From assembly GCA_963827275.1 (NCBI GenBank), contig CAWHAA010000010.1:128001-192000 (forward strand): DNA of 64,000 bases. Direction: 5' to 3'. Of the stretch, positions 62,536 through 64,000 are shown one piece after another. Under the pieces are notes generated by a model. That model was given only the letters and a program-made list of their open reading frames with translations, was not told where the DNA came from and made no database searches. The translations under genes were made by a program, and so were the position numbers. Every line of letters begins with the position of its first letter. The first letter of the stretch is position 1. This DNA comes from an uncultured Spirochaetota bacterium (GTDB lineage: Bacteria > Spirochaetota > UBA4802 > UBA5550).

Positions 62536-63990
62536 TCAGTCGTAGCCGACCTTGACTCCCAGCATGACCTCAAATATCATGCTCCGGGAAGCGTGGTTGT
62601 CCAGATCCCGCAGAAAGGGGCTGTACAGGTATGTCGGGAAAACGTTACGATAGGTGTTGCTCATGCCGTCAAGGGCGTTGTATGCCCGCTGCGGCAGGAA
62701 GCCCCCTGCGGTGCAGAAGATCGAAAGAATGTTGCGGAAGCTGAACTCTGCCAGGAGGTTGATCTCGTCTCCGAACCAGGTCGTGCCACGGCCCCTCCAG
62801 TAGAGCGTTTTGGTGGTGCCGAAATGGAGCAGCTTGAGCTGTATGATGAGGGCGTCCAGCAGAGCGTATTTGATCTTCAGCCCGCACCCGTACAGGCCAT
62901 ACCACTGTGACTCGCCGCTTCCCCTGAGCGCCAGGCCGCCGGTTGAATCGACCGCGATGAGCGAAAAATCATGGGATCCCTTGATGTCCTGGAAGGAGAT
63001 GCCCGCGTTCCGGTCGTCGGGATCCCCGGTCGCTCCTTCGGCGATCACGGAAACCACGATATCACGGTTGTCATAGCCCGTTTCGAACTCCAGGAGGCCC
63101 GCCGTTACCAGCGTCCGCCTGAAAGTATACAGACGCGTGCGGGTTCGCAGGATACCTGCATTGAAGATCCCCCCCAGGCGGACGAACCAGTTTCCGGTGA
63201 CGGCCCGGACGTGCAGGCCGATCCAGTGCAGGGAGCACTTCCGCCCGTCGCCCGACGGATCGTCAAGGATATCGATCATGTCGAATTCGAATGAGCGGGT
63301 GAAGGGATTGTACCGGACCTTCAGCGCATCGAGATTGAAATGGGAGGCCGCGTACATGTCATTCTGGTATGCGTAATAGGCCTCGCCGGTCACAATCGAG
63401 CCGATGGCGAACCGCGATCCGAGATAGAAGATATTGTCCCACTGGTAGCGGGGCGCATCAGACCCCTGCCCCAGGGTGTCGTTCGCGTTATCGAACGCAC
63501 GGATGTACGCGGCATAGACGCTCGCCCCGCTGCCTGAAAAATAATGGGAATACTGAATCCCTGTCGCATCGCGCGCAAGGATATATCCGCCGGGAAGGCT
63601 GAACGGCTCCAGGCCGATCATCAGCTCCGATCCCTCGAACGGCCTGAATACCGCGTACACGTCGCGCGGGATGAAGCTCGCGGAGCCTGTATCGATCGAG
63701 GCGGCCCCCTTGCCGAAAAAGGAATCGATGTCGAAGACCGTGCGCACTTCGATCTCCGGAATGACCGACAGGTTGATGCGATTCCGCAAATTGAGATCGA
63801 TATAGTTTATGGTGCGGTACGTGGGCAGTGACGGCAGCTTGTCAGGCACGTGCGTCCTTCCCGCGATGTTCCACACGCGCAGGCGGAGATAGCCCGACAG
63901 GTCGATCCTGTCCAGGTATGAGCCCAGCGGCGATCCGGCAAGTCCCGCCGGCGCCGCCACGATCATCAGGATGAGGAGAAAGCGCTTCAT
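62536..63990 (-). CDS. Probable outer-membrane beta-barrel (porin-like) protein
   Basis: Signal peptide, alternating beta-strand pattern, aromatic residue near the C-terminus. Confidence 0.7.
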   Translation of the reverse strand: MKRFLLILMIVAAPAGLAGSPLGSYLDRIDLSGYLRLRVWNIAGRTHVPDKLPSLPTYRTINYIDLNLRNRINLSVIPEIEVRTVFDIDSFFGKGAASIDTGSASFIPRDVYAVFRPFEGSELMIGLEPFSLPGGYILARDATGIQYSHYFSGSGASVYAAYIRAFDNANDTLGQGSDAPRYQWDNIFYLGSRFAIGSIVTGEAYYAYQNDMYAASHFNLDALKVRYNPFTRSFEFDMIDILDDPSGDGRKCSLHWIGLHVRAVTGNWFVRLGGIFNAGILRTRTRLYTFRRTLVTAGLLEFETGYDNRDIVVSVIAEGATGDPDDRNAGISFQDIKGSHDFSLIAVDSTGGLALRGSGESQWYGLYGCGLKIKYALLDALIIQLKLLHFGTTKTLYWRGRGTTWFGDEINLLAEFSFRNILSIFCTAGGFLPQRAYNALDGMSNTYRNVFPTYLYSPFLRDLDNHASRSMIFEVMLGVKVGYD

Positions 63991-64000
63991 GGAAAACGAC

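Overview
A gene-dense, GC-rich bacterial chromosome segment. It probably comes from an anaerobic spirochaete related to Leptospira; this is inferred from the long FlgK/FlgL, the flgN-flgK-flgL-fliW-csrA order, a Leptospira-like GAF/PilZ protein, PFOR and Hdr-like genes. Most of the window is housekeeping: pheT, pcm, ugd, nifJ, lolCDE-type, coaB/coaC, mutL, cobB, gltX, glnS, rsmD and gltA. Highlights: (1) a non-coding region upstream of the csrA-containing flagellar operon with near-consensus CsrA-binding GGA hairpins, a candidate CsrB-like RNA in a FliW-type organism; (2) a glpA-glpB operon where GlpC is replaced by a membrane cytochrome b/CxxCH/FeS fusion plus HdrB; (3) a GerMN-class IV adenylate cyclase-GAF/GGDEF operon suggesting cAMP to c-di-GMP coupling; (4) a decayed patch (about 38.9-42.0 kb) with a 145-bp direct repeat that truncates arfB and appears to split an outer-membrane protein gene; (5) archaeal-type aroA'/aroB' shikimate entry genes. 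Three conserved genes (nifJ, flgN, lolD) each carry a single +1 insertion, most simply explained as assembly errors. No rRNA, tRNA or CRISPR array was seen. All calls come from reading motifs by eye; no database search was run.
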